A program made the position numbers and the translations under genes. Shown here one piece after another: positions 9,341-18,588 of a DNA stretch of 64,000 bases. The DNA is from a virus. The DNA lies in IMG/VR virus record IMGVR_UViG_3300033146_001127, positions 6,040-70,039 of that record. One strand, given 5' to 3'. Numbering within the stretch: position 1 is the first letter of the stretch; every line of letters begins with the position of its first letter. The notes beneath the pieces were generated by a model. It worked only from the letters and a program-made list of their open reading frames with translations, did no database searches and was not told the origin of the DNA.

Positions 9341-10072
9341 CTATTTTATATGATCAAATAAAATTGGCCATTTTTCTTGACACTCTTCTAATGCTGGTAT
9401 CATAACTTCTCTAATTTGAGGATGTGCTGCTTTACTCACACCACGAACATTAAAAATATGCCACCATTCTCTAATGTTTGCTTTCATTTTTAATTTGGTT
9501 TTAAGTGCCGTTGGTAAAACATCACGAGCTTCTTGTGGTTTTGAACCCATATCAAGAAGAGTATTATAACCCCATTCAGCAATTCTAATACATTCAAACC
9601 ATACATCAAACTTATTCATCAATTGTAAAGAATTGTCTGTATGATGTTTGACATATCTAACAGCTTCTTCTTTATCATAAAATACAGGTTCAATTACATT
9701 AATACCATTATGTTTACCATCCAATGAATAATTACAATATCTAGTTGATTCTTGCATTGGTGACATCATACGGTGACGAACAGCCTCATGTGATACACCA
9801 CGATTACAAATAAAATCAATTTCAATATCAGCAAATTCAAATGGAGTTTGATGACCAGTTCTAATTAAACCACGAATGAACTTTTCTTGGACGAACTTTT
9901 CAAATGAAATAAAAGGTCTTGGAACATCATCTGTTGCATCACTCCATTCTTTACGAAGTTCAGGTGTATCTTTTGGTTCTGATAAATAACATGTTCTTGC
10001 AGCATCTTCAATAGCCCCATACATATTTGGGGTATGTCTTACAATTTCATAACTTGGTTTTAATATGTTCAT
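9341..10072 (-). CDS. thyX: flavin-dependent thymidylate synthase
   Basis: GHQTPFE, RHRMMSPMQESTRY, QEARDVLP and AHPQIR motifs. Confidence 0.95.
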   Translation of the reverse strand: MNILKPSYEIVRHTPNMYGAIEDAARTCYLSEPKDTPELRKEWSDATDDVPRPFISFEKFVQEKFIRGLIRTGHQTPFEFADIEIDFICNRGVSHEAVRHRMMSPMQESTRYCNYSLDGKHNGINVIEPVFYDKEEAVRYVKHHTDNSLQLMNKFDVWFECIRIAEWGYNTLLDMGSKPQEARDVLPTALKTKLKMKANIREWWHIFNVRGVSKAAHPQIREVMIPALEECQEKWPILFDHIK

Positions 10073-11010
10073 TACGACATTAATTCCTTTTTCAATAATT
10101 CCACAATATGTTTACTGGAATTAAAGATATATTTTCTTTCATTTTTTGTATACTTATCGGCATCCCAATCACTTTCTTCTTTATTAAAAGTATCAAGTGC
10201 ATCTTTATGGATTTCAGAAATATATTTACCAATATCTTTGAAGGATTCAATTCTACCTTCTTTACTGAAAACACTTTCCATTCTATCGTTGTGGATATAT
10301 GAGAGGAAAGTTTCACGCCATTTATTAACTTCATCTGTATATTGTGTTTCAGTTTTAACTTTTCTTGTTTTTTGTTTTTCTTTGAATTCTTCATTTTTCT
10401 TTTTGATATAGAAGAATGAACCATTACCATCAACAAAGGTTTTTGTATATGGTTTAATTACAATACCTTCACAAAAATTGTGGTCTTTGTCATGATATGT
10501 AGTATTGAATCTAATGTTATAATTCAATGCTTCTTCAAAAGAAACCAAATCCAATAAGGGAACAACAAGATCTTTTAATCCAACACGTTCCATATAGGCT
10601 CTCATTACGGCTTCTGTTACCATACGGTCATTAATCATTAAGTTAAACACTTTATAAAAACGACCTGATGGATATTGAACACCTTTTTGGATACCTGAAC
10701 CATACAATTCACCAAATAAACGGACTGTATATCCGTATTTGTCTACTAATTTCTGGATTGATTGTAATTTTTCCATGATATATTCAATTGTATCCATGGC
10801 ATTATAAAAGTCACTACCAGTAATTTCTTGATTTCGTGTGAAATATCTAATCTTATCTTTAGGTGATACAAGAAAAGAGAAGTTTGCACCATGAATCTTT
10901 TCTGTTACCGACCATAATGTTTTATTAATATCATCACCAAATAAACGGATATAATAATCAATATCTTTTTTATGGTAATGATTTGTCAATGATGGATATT
11001 TTTTGAACAT
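10072..11010 (-). CDS. RNA ligase, Rnl2 family
   Basis: FKKYPSL N-terminus, TEKIHGANF (motif I), FGELYG, EGIVIKP, IKKKN. Confidence 0.9.
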   Translation of the reverse strand: MFKKYPSLTNHYHKKDIDYYIRLFGDDINKTLWSVTEKIHGANFSFLVSPKDKIRYFTRNQEITGSDFYNAMDTIEYIMEKLQSIQKLVDKYGYTVRLFGELYGSGIQKGVQYPSGRFYKVFNLMINDRMVTEAVMRAYMERVGLKDLVVPLLDLVSFEEALNYNIRFNTTYHDKDHNFCEGIVIKPYTKTFVDGNGSFFYIKKKNEEFKEKQKTRKVKTETQYTDEVNKWRETFLSYIHNDRMESVFSKEGRIESFKDIGKYISEIHKDALDTFNKEESDWDADKYTKNERKYIFNSSKHIVELLKKELMS

Positions 11011-11022
11011 ATATTTTCCTTT

Positions 11023-11187
11023 CTAATTAATATCTACAAGTTCCCACATTTCAGCTGAACGAGCCATTTCCAATAGTTGATCAATATCACGTTTCAACTG
11101 AAAAGAATTGGTGTAATCAGGTGAGATACGACCATCAAAAGTTGTTGCCTCTTTAATACTTTGTTCAATTTCATCCACTGTTTTCAT
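11023..11187 (-). CDS. small hypothetical protein (54 aa)
   Basis: MKTVDEIEQ...ELVDIN, GGAGG RBS, own TTGACA promoter upstream. Confidence 0.55.
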   Translation of the reverse strand: MKTVDEIEQSIKEATTFDGRISPDYTNSFQLKRDIDQLLEMARSAEMWELVDIN

Positions 11188-11291
11188 TTAAGCCTCCATT
11201 AGAATTATATTTACATTAAATATTACCATAGTAAAAAATATCTGTCAACAAGTTTACACAAAAATATAAATAATAGAAAGGGAGAAATACA

Positions 11292-11477
11292 ATGGAACAT
11301 TTATTAAAGTCTTGTTATATATGTGGTGGTGTATCAGAAATAGTTAATAAAAGTGGAAGTTCTATATGGGTTATAAGATGTAGAAATCCAAGATGTTCTG
11401 TTCATCCTAATATGTGTGGACAGGATTTGAAGAAATTATTAAGAGAATGGAATTCAAGAAATAGTGGAGCAATATAA
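11292..11477 (+). CDS. Lar-like zinc-ribbon protein
   Basis: LKSCYICGG...CRNPRC...EWNSR pattern; TATAAATA and GGAG upstream. Confidence 0.6.
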   Translation: MEHLLKSCYICGGVSEIVNKSGSSIWVIRCRNPRCSVHPNMCGQDLKKLLREWNSRNSGAI

Positions 11478-11659
11478 TGGGTGAAAAAAGAGAAAAACGA
11501 TATGCAATTAGAATGTCAGAAGAAGAGATGAAGATAGTGAACGAAGTAACACAACATTATAACCTACCAAATATGATAAGACAGTATATAATAAAATTAC
11601 ATAAGGAAATTGAATTATATAAAAACATTGCAAAAGAAATAAAAAATAATAGACCTTAA
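11477..11659 (+). CDS. small ribbon-helix-helix-like DNA-binding protein
   Basis: KRYAIRMSEEE...LPNMIRQYI pattern. Confidence 0.5.
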   Translation: MGEKREKRYAIRMSEEEMKIVNEVTQHYNLPNMIRQYIIKLHKEIELYKNIAKEIKNNRP

Positions 11660-11883
11660 TCTAATTGTTCTATATTATCTGTTCTTACCTTTTGATATGG
11701 GAATAGTGTTATTATTACCAACATAACTACTGAGGATATAATAAACCCTACGAAACAGTAGTAAGAAAATTCACAAGATGGTAGTATAAACATTATAGAT
11801 AAAAATAAAAATAAAGAATAAGTTGAGACGACTACCAATCTTGGGACCTCTTTGAATTTCATTTCCCATAGATACTTTTTCAT
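11656..11883 (-). CDS. small membrane protein
   Basis: Two hydrophobic helices. Confidence 0.55.
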   Translation of the reverse strand: MKKYLWEMKFKEVPRLVVVSTYSLFLFLSIMFILPSCEFSYYCFVGFIISSVVMLVIITLFPYQKVRTDNIEQLD

Positions 11884-12011
11884 TTTTTGCCTTCGTTTTC
11901 ATTTGATTTGACTTATTATTATTTATATTTTAATGTAAAGTTTACAAGTATTTTACATAACAAATAAAATTTATTAATTATATTAAAACATTACAATTTT
12001 AGTAATTTACA

Positions 12012-12230
12012 CTATAATATAACATCACCATTAACTTTTTTGATAATATCCTTTACACTTTCACATACTTCTATTTCTTGTCCTGAAATTGAAGTTATTT
12101 TTGTACTATTGTTGTATTCCACCATACTTTCAATTGTAGCTGGATTAAAATGAAAAGTTTTTTTGGTTGCCCCACCAGAACCACCATATTTATGAGGTGG
12201 TTTATAAAATGTTAATTGAATTAATTTCAT
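12012..12230 (-). CDS. FlbD/SwrD-like protein
   Basis: LIQLT...FHFNPATIESM...TKITSISGQEIEVCESVKDIIKKV matches the FlbD family pattern; GGAGG before MKLIQ. Confidence 0.6.
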   Translation of the reverse strand: MKLIQLTFYKPPHKYGGSGGATKKTFHFNPATIESMVEYNNSTKITSISGQEIEVCESVKDIIKKVNGDVIL

Positions 12231-12298
12231 TAACTCCTCCAAATAAAAAAATGGACACAGTTTCCTATGTCCATTTTATAAAGAAAAATTGAATAATT

Positions 12299-12454
12299 TT
12301 ATTTACCATCCATTTCTACTGGCTCTACGGTAAATCCTTCAACTTCTAGTCCATCAAATGCTTTAGAAACTGCTGCCTTTGCTTTTTCAAGATCACCTTC
12401 ACCTTGAAGTGTTACAACAAATCCTTCACCTTTAACTTTAAGTAACAAATCCAT
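12299..12454 (-). CDS. small late protein (51 aa)
   Basis: MDLLLKVKGEGF...; GGGAG RBS, TATAAATA at 12507-12514 (minus), hairpin terminator at about 12246-12277. Confidence 0.6.
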   Translation of the reverse strand: MDLLLKVKGEGFVVTLQGEGDLEKAKAAVSKAFDGLEVEGFTVEPVEMDGK

Positions 12455-12560
12455 AATAAATCTCCCTTTTATTTTTTTTTATTACGGCAATATGCCGTAT
12501 CACTACTATTTATATTTTTAATATTATGTCACATTAAATATAATATGTCAACATCTTTAT

Positions 12561-13163
12561 TTATTTTTTAGAGGATTCATAAATCTTTTCATAAAATGAA
12601 TTCATTTTATTATTTTTATCAATATATGTCCATAGTTTTGGGGCAATAAAGAAAATATCATCTTTACCAAACAAATCAAAATATAAACCTGATTCACTAA
12701 ATGAATAACGATCTTCAATGATTTCTTCCCATACTTTTTTTCGTCTTTCCCAATCAATTTCAGCTTGTTTATATTCTTCTGTATTTTCTTCAAGATCAAA
12801 ATCAAACCAAGGATCAGCTTGATCTTGATAATGGTAATCTACTAAATTGTTATTAAAGATATCGTGAATTGGTAGATCTACTCCAAAAAATATAATATAG
12901 ATTTCATTTTCATGAAAATATAAAACAACAGATGAGTTCCAATTAAAAGGTGAATTGATATTAGTTTGGTGAACATCTTTTAACATTTTATTAAAACCAT
13001 TAAAATCTTTGAATTCATTTAATATGGCAGAATGATTTACATTGTTTTTCATAAACCTGACAATTCTATCTGATGTTTCTTTTTTAAGTTTTTGAAGTGA
13101 TTTCATGATTTCAGGCATTGTCATGTTATCAATTCTATATGCATTATAAATTTTTGTACTCAT
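12561..13163 (-). CDS. hypothetical protein
   Basis: 200-aa ORF (MSTKIYNAY...) with AGGAG RBS. Confidence 0.75.
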   Translation of the reverse strand: MSTKIYNAYRIDNMTMPEIMKSLQKLKKETSDRIVRFMKNNVNHSAILNEFKDFNGFNKMLKDVHQTNINSPFNWNSSVVLYFHENEIYIIFFGVDLPIHDIFNNNLVDYHYQDQADPWFDFDLEENTEEYKQAEIDWERRKKVWEEIIEDRYSFSESGLYFDLFGKDDIFFIAPKLWTYIDKNNKMNSFYEKIYESSKK

Positions 13164-13172
13164 TATTTCTCC

Positions 13173-13439
13173 TTAGAATGGGATATCATCATTAACAAAT
13201 CTATCCAATCTATAATTAAATTGGGTAGAAACTGTACTTAATCTTGAATTTCGTTGTTCAATTTTTTTATCCTCAAGTGCAAAACGTAGATCTTCATTTT
13301 GTTCTTTTAACCAAATAACTTCATCAAACAAATCATCAACATGAGACAATAACAATTTAATTGCCTTTGTTTTTTCATCATTATCAGTCATACGATCAAT
13401 TATAACATGTAACTTATCAAGTTTTTCTTTTGTTATCAT
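13173..13439 (-). CDS. coiled-coil protein with SSB-like C-terminal tail (NDDIPF)
   Basis: 88 aa, heptad-rich, ends FVNDDIPF. Confidence 0.65.
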   Translation of the reverse strand: MITKEKLDKLHVIIDRMTDNDEKTKAIKLLLSHVDDLFDEVIWLKEQNEDLRFALEDKKIEQRNSRLSTVSTQFNYRLDRFVNDDIPF

Positions 13440-13451
13440 TTCTAACCTATG

Positions 13452-13649
13452 TTATGCGTAAATATCAATAAGACTATTTTCTTTCATTGATTTATGAAAC
13501 TTAATTTGAGATTCTGGTGGTATTTGTCTAATAACATCACCTGAATCCCTGTCAATAACCTTAGTAATTGTTGATGGTGGGGTTACTTCATTTTTTGAAA
13601 ATTGAATATCAGTAAACTTAATCAGATTTTGTGGTTGAATGTTCATCAT
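13452..13649 (-). CDS. FlaG-like protein
   Basis: KVIDRDSGDVIRQIPPE...LIDIYA matches the FlaG signature; likely start MMNIQPQ. Confidence 0.7.
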   Translation of the reverse strand: MMNIQPQNLIKFTDIQFSKNEVTPPSTITKVIDRDSGDVIRQIPPESQIKFHKSMKENSLIDIYA

Positions 13650-13836
13650 CTTTCCCTTCTGGTAAAATACCTTCAACTTTTCTACATATAGGACAATCCC
13701 AATTATCATGTTCTATTTGTGAAGAGAACCATACATGTTGAATGTTATTACATGTTGGACACCTCATTGGAAACATTTCAAGAACTATTCTATTTGGGTC
13801 AATTCTTCTCATTATCTCTTTCAATCTTCCTGTCAA
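13618..13836 (-). CDS. small zinc-ribbon protein
   Basis: CPTC...CPIC. Confidence 0.55.
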   Translation of the reverse strand: MTGRLKEIMRRIDPNRIVLEMFPMRCPTCNNIQHVWFSSQIEHDNWDCPICRKVEGILPEGKDDEHSTTKSD

Positions 13837-14158
13837 GATGTTCTAACATTGCCACAGTAGAAGCAGCAACTTGAATTAATTCTTTTCTTAGAGTTTCTTG
13901 TAATTCTTTAACCACCAATAAATCACAAGAATCAATATCATCAGTCTCATTATATTTCCTTTCCAACAAATCAATTTTTAATGCTGCAGCAGAAGCATCA
14001 CCCATTTCCTCGGTGATAATAGTTAGCCATTTGAATGTATGATGATCATTATATCCCCAAGTTTCGTTTTGCCTTTGGCGTTCAGCATTAATATCATCTT
14101 GAATTTTTGTTGTCATTCTACGGGTAATATATCTTTGGTCATCACAAAATATACTCAT
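13799..14158 (-). CDS. MazG-like NTP pyrophosphohydrolase
   Basis: ERxRQ...WLTIITEEMGD...KELIQVAA. Confidence 0.75.
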   Translation of the reverse strand: MSIFCDDQRYITRRMTTKIQDDINAERQRQNETWGYNDHHTFKWLTIITEEMGDASAAALKIDLLERKYNETDDIDSCDLLVVKELQETLRKELIQVAASTVAMLEHLDRKIERDNEKN

Positions 14159-14451
14159 TATTTTAATCTCCCGATGTTGGTGGAATATTCCATAAACTTT
14201 TTAACTTTTTCTTTTTTCTTTTCAATATCTTCTCTGTTACCAACACGAGATACATTAACACCTTCTTCTTCAAGTAACTCAATTACACCTAATATATCAT
14301 TGATTTCTTTTATCATCAATTCAATATTGGATACTGTTGGGTCTTGTGGATTATGATTGTCACCACCAAATCTTAATATTTTACAATTTGCTTGAACAAC
14401 TTCCCCACATTCTTCTGATAATACTGTAAGTAAATATTCTATTTTATTCAT
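14158..14451 (-). CDS. MazG-like NTP pyrophosphohydrolase
   Basis: SEECGEVVQA...KILRFG...EINDILGV. Confidence 0.75.
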   Translation of the reverse strand: MNKIEYLLTVLSEECGEVVQANCKILRFGGDNHNPQDPTVSNIELMIKEINDILGVIELLEEEGVNVSRVGNREDIEKKKEKVKKFMEYSTNIGRLK

Positions 14452-14517
14452 AGGACGATTATATATTATTGTATTGTATTCGTCAATCTTACATTTATTT
14501 TTTATTTTTATGAAAGT

Positions 14518-14533
14518 TGGTATGGATAATGTA
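14518..14533 (+). promoter_or_regulatory. possible sigma54-type -24/-12 promoter
   Basis: TGGTATGGATAATGTA: GG-N10-GT (consensus GG-N10-GC); near-identical motif at 40094-40109. Confidence 0.4.
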
Positions 14534-14660
14534 TATTGTATAGGTCAACAGGTGACAAACACAGTAAAATCACCATAAATCAAATAAAGTGTATACGAAA
14601 AACATACAAAACGAAGAAAATAGTATGGATTGAATATACACAAACAAAAGGAGAAATATT

Positions 14661-14807
14661 ATGTCAATACTTACAATGTTATTCTTAGGGTTCATGTCGT
14701 TAATCGTAGTTTTTCAATTAGTTCCAGCAGTTATTTTATTTACTGGAATGGTGAAAGGTCTTTTTTCGGCGAAACAAAAAAAATCAACAGCAAGTAAAGG
14801 AGTTTAA
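14661..14807 (+). CDS. small membrane peptide (48 aa), paralog of the next gene
   Basis: MSILTMLFLGFMSLIVVFQLVPAVILFTGMVKGLF; AGGAG RBS. Confidence 0.75.
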   Translation: MSILTMLFLGFMSLIVVFQLVPAVILFTGMVKGLFSAKQKKSTASKGV

Positions 14808-14809
14808 TC

Positions 14810-15034
14810 ATGAAAAAAACAATTATGGCGGGTATCTTATTTTTATTAATGTCAACACCAGCAATGGCAGTTGACACAGCTCAAACTTATAACAGTGGAA
14901 TCTTGGTATTGTTATTTGTTGGATTTTGTGCCTTGATTATTGTCGCACAATTAGTTCCAGCTATTTTAGCACTTTTTGGAATGACTAAAGCTGTTACAAG
15001 AGATAATCGTAAAACTGTTTCAATTAAATCTTAA
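14810..15034 (+). CDS. small signal-peptide/membrane protein, Desulfuromonadales-like family
   Basis: Signal peptide ending PAMA, then LFVGFCALIIVAQLVPAILALFGM; AGGAG RBS. Confidence 0.75.
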   Translation: MKKTIMAGILFLLMSTPAMAVDTAQTYNSGILVLLFVGFCALIIVAQLVPAILALFGMTKAVTRDNRKTVSIKS

Positions 15035-15038
15035 TATG

Positions 15039-15079
15039 AAAAAAGGGGAATGGTAAATAACCACTCCCCTTTTTCTTTT
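15039..15079. terminator. bidirectional intrinsic terminator
   Basis: AAAAAAGGGGAATGG-TAAATAA-CCACTCCCCTTTTT between convergent genes. Confidence 0.75.
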
Positions 15080-15392
15080 ATTTCATGTAGTGGGGACCGA
15101 ACGGGGTCATTCCAGCCAGACCGTTATTTGCGTCAAACAGATTTCCACGAGCGTGTTTGGCAGGAGCACTCCACGAAGCTGGTTTCAGAACATCACCATT
15201 CTTCATATCAACAAAAGAATGGACACTATGACCTTTCATTACTTTAACATAACGTCTTCCAACTTTGTAATCCAATACATCACGTTGTGCGTCAGAAAAC
15301 TCCATACGTTTGATATAATCATCATGAACTTCTTGACATCCTGCCAAAAACACATCAAACTTAACTTTGAATTCATCAGTCATTTTTGCCAT
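15078..15392 (-). CDS. conserved hypothetical phage protein (cassette-borne)
   Basis: VHSFVD..NGDVLKPASWSAPAKHARGN motif; start MAKMTD after leader copy 5. Confidence 0.8.
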   Translation of the reverse strand: MAKMTDEFKVKFDVFLAGCQEVHDDYIKRMEFSDAQRDVLDYKVGRRYVKVMKGHSVHSFVDMKNGDVLKPASWSAPAKHARGNLFDANNGLAGMTPFGPHYMK

Positions 15393-15398
15393 ATCAAA

Positions 15399-15467
15399 TC
15401 TCCTCAAAAAGAAAGGGTTATCACCAACTCACAAACCTATGATAACCCATATTTGAAATGAAGTCAA
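15399..15467 (-). promoter_or_regulatory. repeated early promoter/leader cassette, copy 5
   Basis: TTGACT-17-TATCAT; GGGTTATCA-16-TGATAACCC palindrome; GAGGAG. Confidence 0.85.
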
Positions 15468-15470
15468 GAA

Positions 15471-15881
15471 TTATTTACGAACAAGATTGGAAAGTTGATG
15501 GGGAGTGATTTTGTAGACACTTTCTCCATCAAGAGTTTCAACAAGAACTGGATATTTCCGATTACGGCGTTTCCAACCCAATAGAACAACCGATTTCCCA
15601 TTCACAGCATCTTCAAATACATCACCAACATTTAATTCGTAGATTTCAGGATGGGTGAGACGAGCGAAGGAAAACTCTTCTTTCATTTGTTCAAGTTCGG
15701 AATTGGTAAAACGAGAATTAGCGTTTTCACCTTTTACATCAAACATAATGTTATTGATTTTGTAAGAACTATCGGTATAAACACCCCCACCTCGTTTGAC
15801 AACCATTCCATATTTCTCAGCAATAAGTTTAACTGCTTCCATTACCTCATCACCAATAGTATTTGCCATTTCTTTAGTCAT
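15471..15881 (-). CDS. hypothetical early protein (cassette-borne)
   Basis: 136 aa, C-terminal GWKRRNRKYPV motif; preceded by leader copy 6. Confidence 0.75.
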   Translation of the reverse strand: MTKEMANTIGDEVMEAVKLIAEKYGMVVKRGGGVYTDSSYKINNIMFDVKGENANSRFTNSELEQMKEEFSFARLTHPEIYELNVGDVFEDAVNGKSVVLLGWKRRNRKYPVLVETLDGESVYKITPHQLSNLVRK

Positions 15882-15887
15882 ATTAAA

Positions 15888-15955
15888 TCTCCAAAAATGA
15901 AAGGGTTATCACCAACTCACAAATACATTATAAAGAAATGACAATATAAAGTCAA
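15888..15955 (-). promoter_or_regulatory. repeated early promoter/leader cassette, copy 6
   Basis: TTGACT-17-TATAAT plus conserved leader; promoter identical to copy 7. Confidence 0.85.
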
Positions 15956-15957
15956 GA

Positions 15958-16180
15958 TTATTTTGTTAAATCAGAAAAAATAACACACCAAAAAATAACA
16001 GCATATACAAATGGTTTAACAGGATGAAATGTTCGTTTTATACCATTCATATTATCAATTGATTCTGATGCTGAACCATGATATTTCATTGAAGTAAAAA
16101 ATGTATCAATAAATAAGAATGTAAACATTGGTGCAAACACCCAACTAACATAAACCATAATTTGAATAAATTGTTCCATT
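15958..16180 (-). CDS. small membrane protein
   Basis: Two hydrophobic segments; start approximate (MEQFIQ). Confidence 0.6.
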
Positions 16181-16194
16181 TTAATCAACCTTTC

Positions 16195-16575
16195 TTAAAA
16201 AGAATAATCATAATAATAACGATCACAGTCCAACGATACATGACCCCAAGTTCCATTTACTGGAAATCCTCTCTCAACAAAACCTTCATACGATTGACGA
16301 TACGAGGCTTTGATAATACGACCATTGGGATTTGGAGTGGTTTTCCATACTGCATCTTCAACCACCACACCAGTAAAACCACCTTCTTCCATCACAGGAG
16401 TTTTAACCAATTTTACTTCACGTTCCCGAATGGTAATTGTTTTGCCACTTTTTGTAATACTGACAATATCACCAACAATCCTATCACTACCATGACGGAT
16501 TGTAACTGGCATACCAACAACTGGACGTTTTTTGATAACTTCATCATAATATTCATTATCGTGTCGTTCAATCAT
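16195..16575 (-). CDS. hypothetical early protein (cassette-borne)
   Basis: PVVGMPVT...GSDR...RYYYDYSF; preceded by leader copy 7. Confidence 0.75.
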   Translation of the reverse strand: MIERHDNEYYDEVIKKRPVVGMPVTIRHGSDRIVGDIVSITKSGKTITIREREVKLVKTPVMEEGGFTGVVVEDAVWKTTPNPNGRIIKASYRQSYEGFVERGFPVNGTWGHVSLDCDRYYYDYSF

Positions 16576-16582
16576 ATCATCA

Positions 16583-16648
16583 CCTCAAAATGAAAGGGTT
16601 ATCACCAACTCACAAATACATTATAAAGAAATGACAATATAAAGTCAA
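16583..16648 (-). promoter_or_regulatory. repeated early promoter/leader cassette, copy 7
   Basis: TTGACT-17-TATAAT plus conserved leader and GAGG; back-to-back with a plus-strand TTGACA promoter at about 16663. Confidence 0.85.
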
Positions 16649-16721
16649 GTGGTATTTTTATATTGACACCATATAAAAATGAGAGTATATTGTTATTGAA
16701 CTTAAATTAAGGAGATTTTTT

Positions 16722-16985
16722 ATGAAGAAATATGTTTATCATATCACAAATCCAGTAACAGGGAAAACAGTATGTGGTAGAAACATCACTCAAAGATATA
16801 ACATCGTTGACCCTAGAGTGGTCTACAATCTACGAACTGAACATGGACAGACGGTATGTAAGGTTTGTATGAAAAAGGCGGTTAGATTGGGTATAGTGGA
16901 ACATCAAGATGATACGATTCCTGATGGATTTGATGTATCTGATAATCAACATAATGAATGGCTTTCCAGAATTGGGATTAATTAA
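16722..16985 (+). CDS. small zinc-finger-like protein
   Basis: H...C...CxxC; AGGAG RBS. Confidence 0.65.
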   Translation: MKKYVYHITNPVTGKTVCGRNITQRYNIVDPRVVYNLRTEHGQTVCKVCMKKAVRLGIVEHQDDTIPDGFDVSDNQHNEWLSRIGIN

Positions 16986-17270
16986 TTATGAAACTTATTG
17001 ATTCAAATAAAGGTTTTGATGTATACTTTGATGCCAATAAACAGGAATATATTGTTTATAAAGATAATGTATTTTTGATTAAAGGGTTTAGATTTGGTGA
17101 CGTTAAATGTTATCTTTCATAGGAGAATTATATGTTTGAATTACTTTTGTTATTTTCAATTATTTTAATTATTGGTTCATCTTTCATCCCTGATGAGGGT
17201 ATCCATGTCCGTATTCCTGTACGTCAACCAGTTAATCGTTACATTAAGAAAAAATAATATAATAACATAG

Positions 17271-17427
17271 TTGACATAATTTATCATCCATGTTAGACTA
17301 AGGTTATCTTTCCGAGCGGGGAAAAATATATTATTATATTAATACTGTTAAAGAAGGAAAAAAGTAAAAGGAAGGAATGAGAAATAAGTTATGAGTTTAC
17401 GAATAACTTATTGAACATCCGAAGGAT
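17271..17427 (+). repeat. bipartite non-coding element, copy A (promoter plus structured blocks)
   Basis: Blocks 17280-17324 and 17378-17427 recur inverted at 40122-40166 and 39981-40030; starts with TTGACA-17-TAGACT. Confidence 0.9.
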
Positions 17428-17495
17428 AGAAAGACAAAGACACCTTTGATAAATAGAGATGTAATTTTATTTAATTGAAAAGTTGGAGGTGTCTA

Positions 17496-17990
17496 ATGAA
17501 AGTTGCATTGTATATTGCTGATACAGGATCAATGATTGATAAGGTGATCAATTTATGGACAGGATTATATGGATACAGTCATAGTGAGATTGTATTTGAT
17601 ATGATTCCAAAAGAAAGAGGAAAATATTTATGTTGTAGTTCATCCCCTATAGATAGAAAGGTTAGATTTGAACGAATTGATATATATTCAAAACATTGGT
17701 ATGTTGTAGATATCCCAATGGAATATGAAGAAGAAGTTAAAGCATATAAAGAAATGAAGAAATTAGTAGGTGCAAAATATGATTGGAAAGGTATATTTTT
17801 AACTTTCATATTTAAGTGGATTAACAAACAAGATGATAAGAAGTGGTGGTGTTCTGAATTATGTTGTTATATATTGAACAAATATTATACACCAATGCCA
17901 ATAAGAATACATCCAAATAAATTAGCAAAAATATTAAAAGCACCAAATCAACCATTTACGTTTAGTATTGGGTTAAAGAAAAGGTTTTGA
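17496..17990 (+). CDS. permuted papain-like (NlpC/P60-related) enzyme
   Basis: YSHSE...GAKYDW...KWWCSE motifs; GGAGG before ATG 17496. Confidence 0.7.
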   Translation: MKVALYIADTGSMIDKVINLWTGLYGYSHSEIVFDMIPKERGKYLCCSSSPIDRKVRFERIDIYSKHWYVVDIPMEYEEEVKAYKEMKKLVGAKYDWKGIFLTFIFKWINKQDDKKWWCSELCCYILNKYYTPMPIRIHPNKLAKILKAPNQPFTFSIGLKKRF

Positions 17991-18217
17991 AAATGAAATA
18001 TCCAACAATAGAAGAAATTGAAAAAGCTGATAGAGTTACTATTGCCAGATGGTATAGGAGTCTACCTTTTCCTGGTGCAAACCATTTAGGTGAATATAAC
18101 TTTGATAAGATTTGTTTACATGAAGCAAAGTTAATGGAAAGAATCAACGAACGATTTGAATCTATGGGTGGTATGACACCTGAGATTTCAAAAATTATAG
18201 GTCCTTTATATAGATAG
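17987..18217 (+). CDS. hypothetical protein
   Basis: RWYRSLPFPG...GGMTPEISKIIG. Confidence 0.65.
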   Translation: MKMKYPTIEEIEKADRVTIARWYRSLPFPGANHLGEYNFDKICLHEAKLMERINERFESMGGMTPEISKIIGPLYR

Positions 18218-18303
18218 GAGGAGAACTAAGATGGATGCATTTTATATGAGAACTAATGATATGATAATCAGGCGGGGGGAGCCCGCAATAAGGAGATATT
18301 ATC

Positions 18304-18588
18304 ATGTCAAAGAGAGCAATAAGAAGGTCACATTACAATAGATTGAAGATTAAAAGATATAAACAATTAAAAAATGATTGGTGGTATTATAATCACCAAA
18401 CTGATGAAGAATTATTAAAAGATGCAGCATTTTTAGCTGTAACCCCACGAAGATGTTCATGTTCTTTATGTGGAAACCAGAGACATAATAAATGGTTAAC
18501 AAAGTGGGAACAATTAACTCAACAAGAAAGAAGATCAAAGATTGATGAGATTGAACAAATAAATGAATGGGGGGATAATTATGTTTGA
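18304..18588 (+). CDS. hypothetical basic protein
   Basis: TPRRCSCSLCGN motif; AGGAG RBS. Confidence 0.65.
   Translation: MSKRAIRRSHYNRLKIKRYKQLKNDWWYYNHQTDEELLKDAAFLAVTPRRCSCSLCGNQRHNKWLTKWEQLTQQERRSKIDEIEQINEWGDNYV

Noticed and set aside
918-16648. Repeated GGGTTATCACCAACTCAC motif considered as CRISPR repeats or integron attC sites
   Set aside because: Copies are separated by whole genes, embed -35/-10 and RBS, and lack the attC RYYYAAC/GTTRRRY architecture; no cas or integrase gene in the window
18271-18290. GC-rich mini-hairpin GCGGG-GGGAG-CCCGC
   Set aside because: Too short and single-copy to support any riboswitch or ncRNA call
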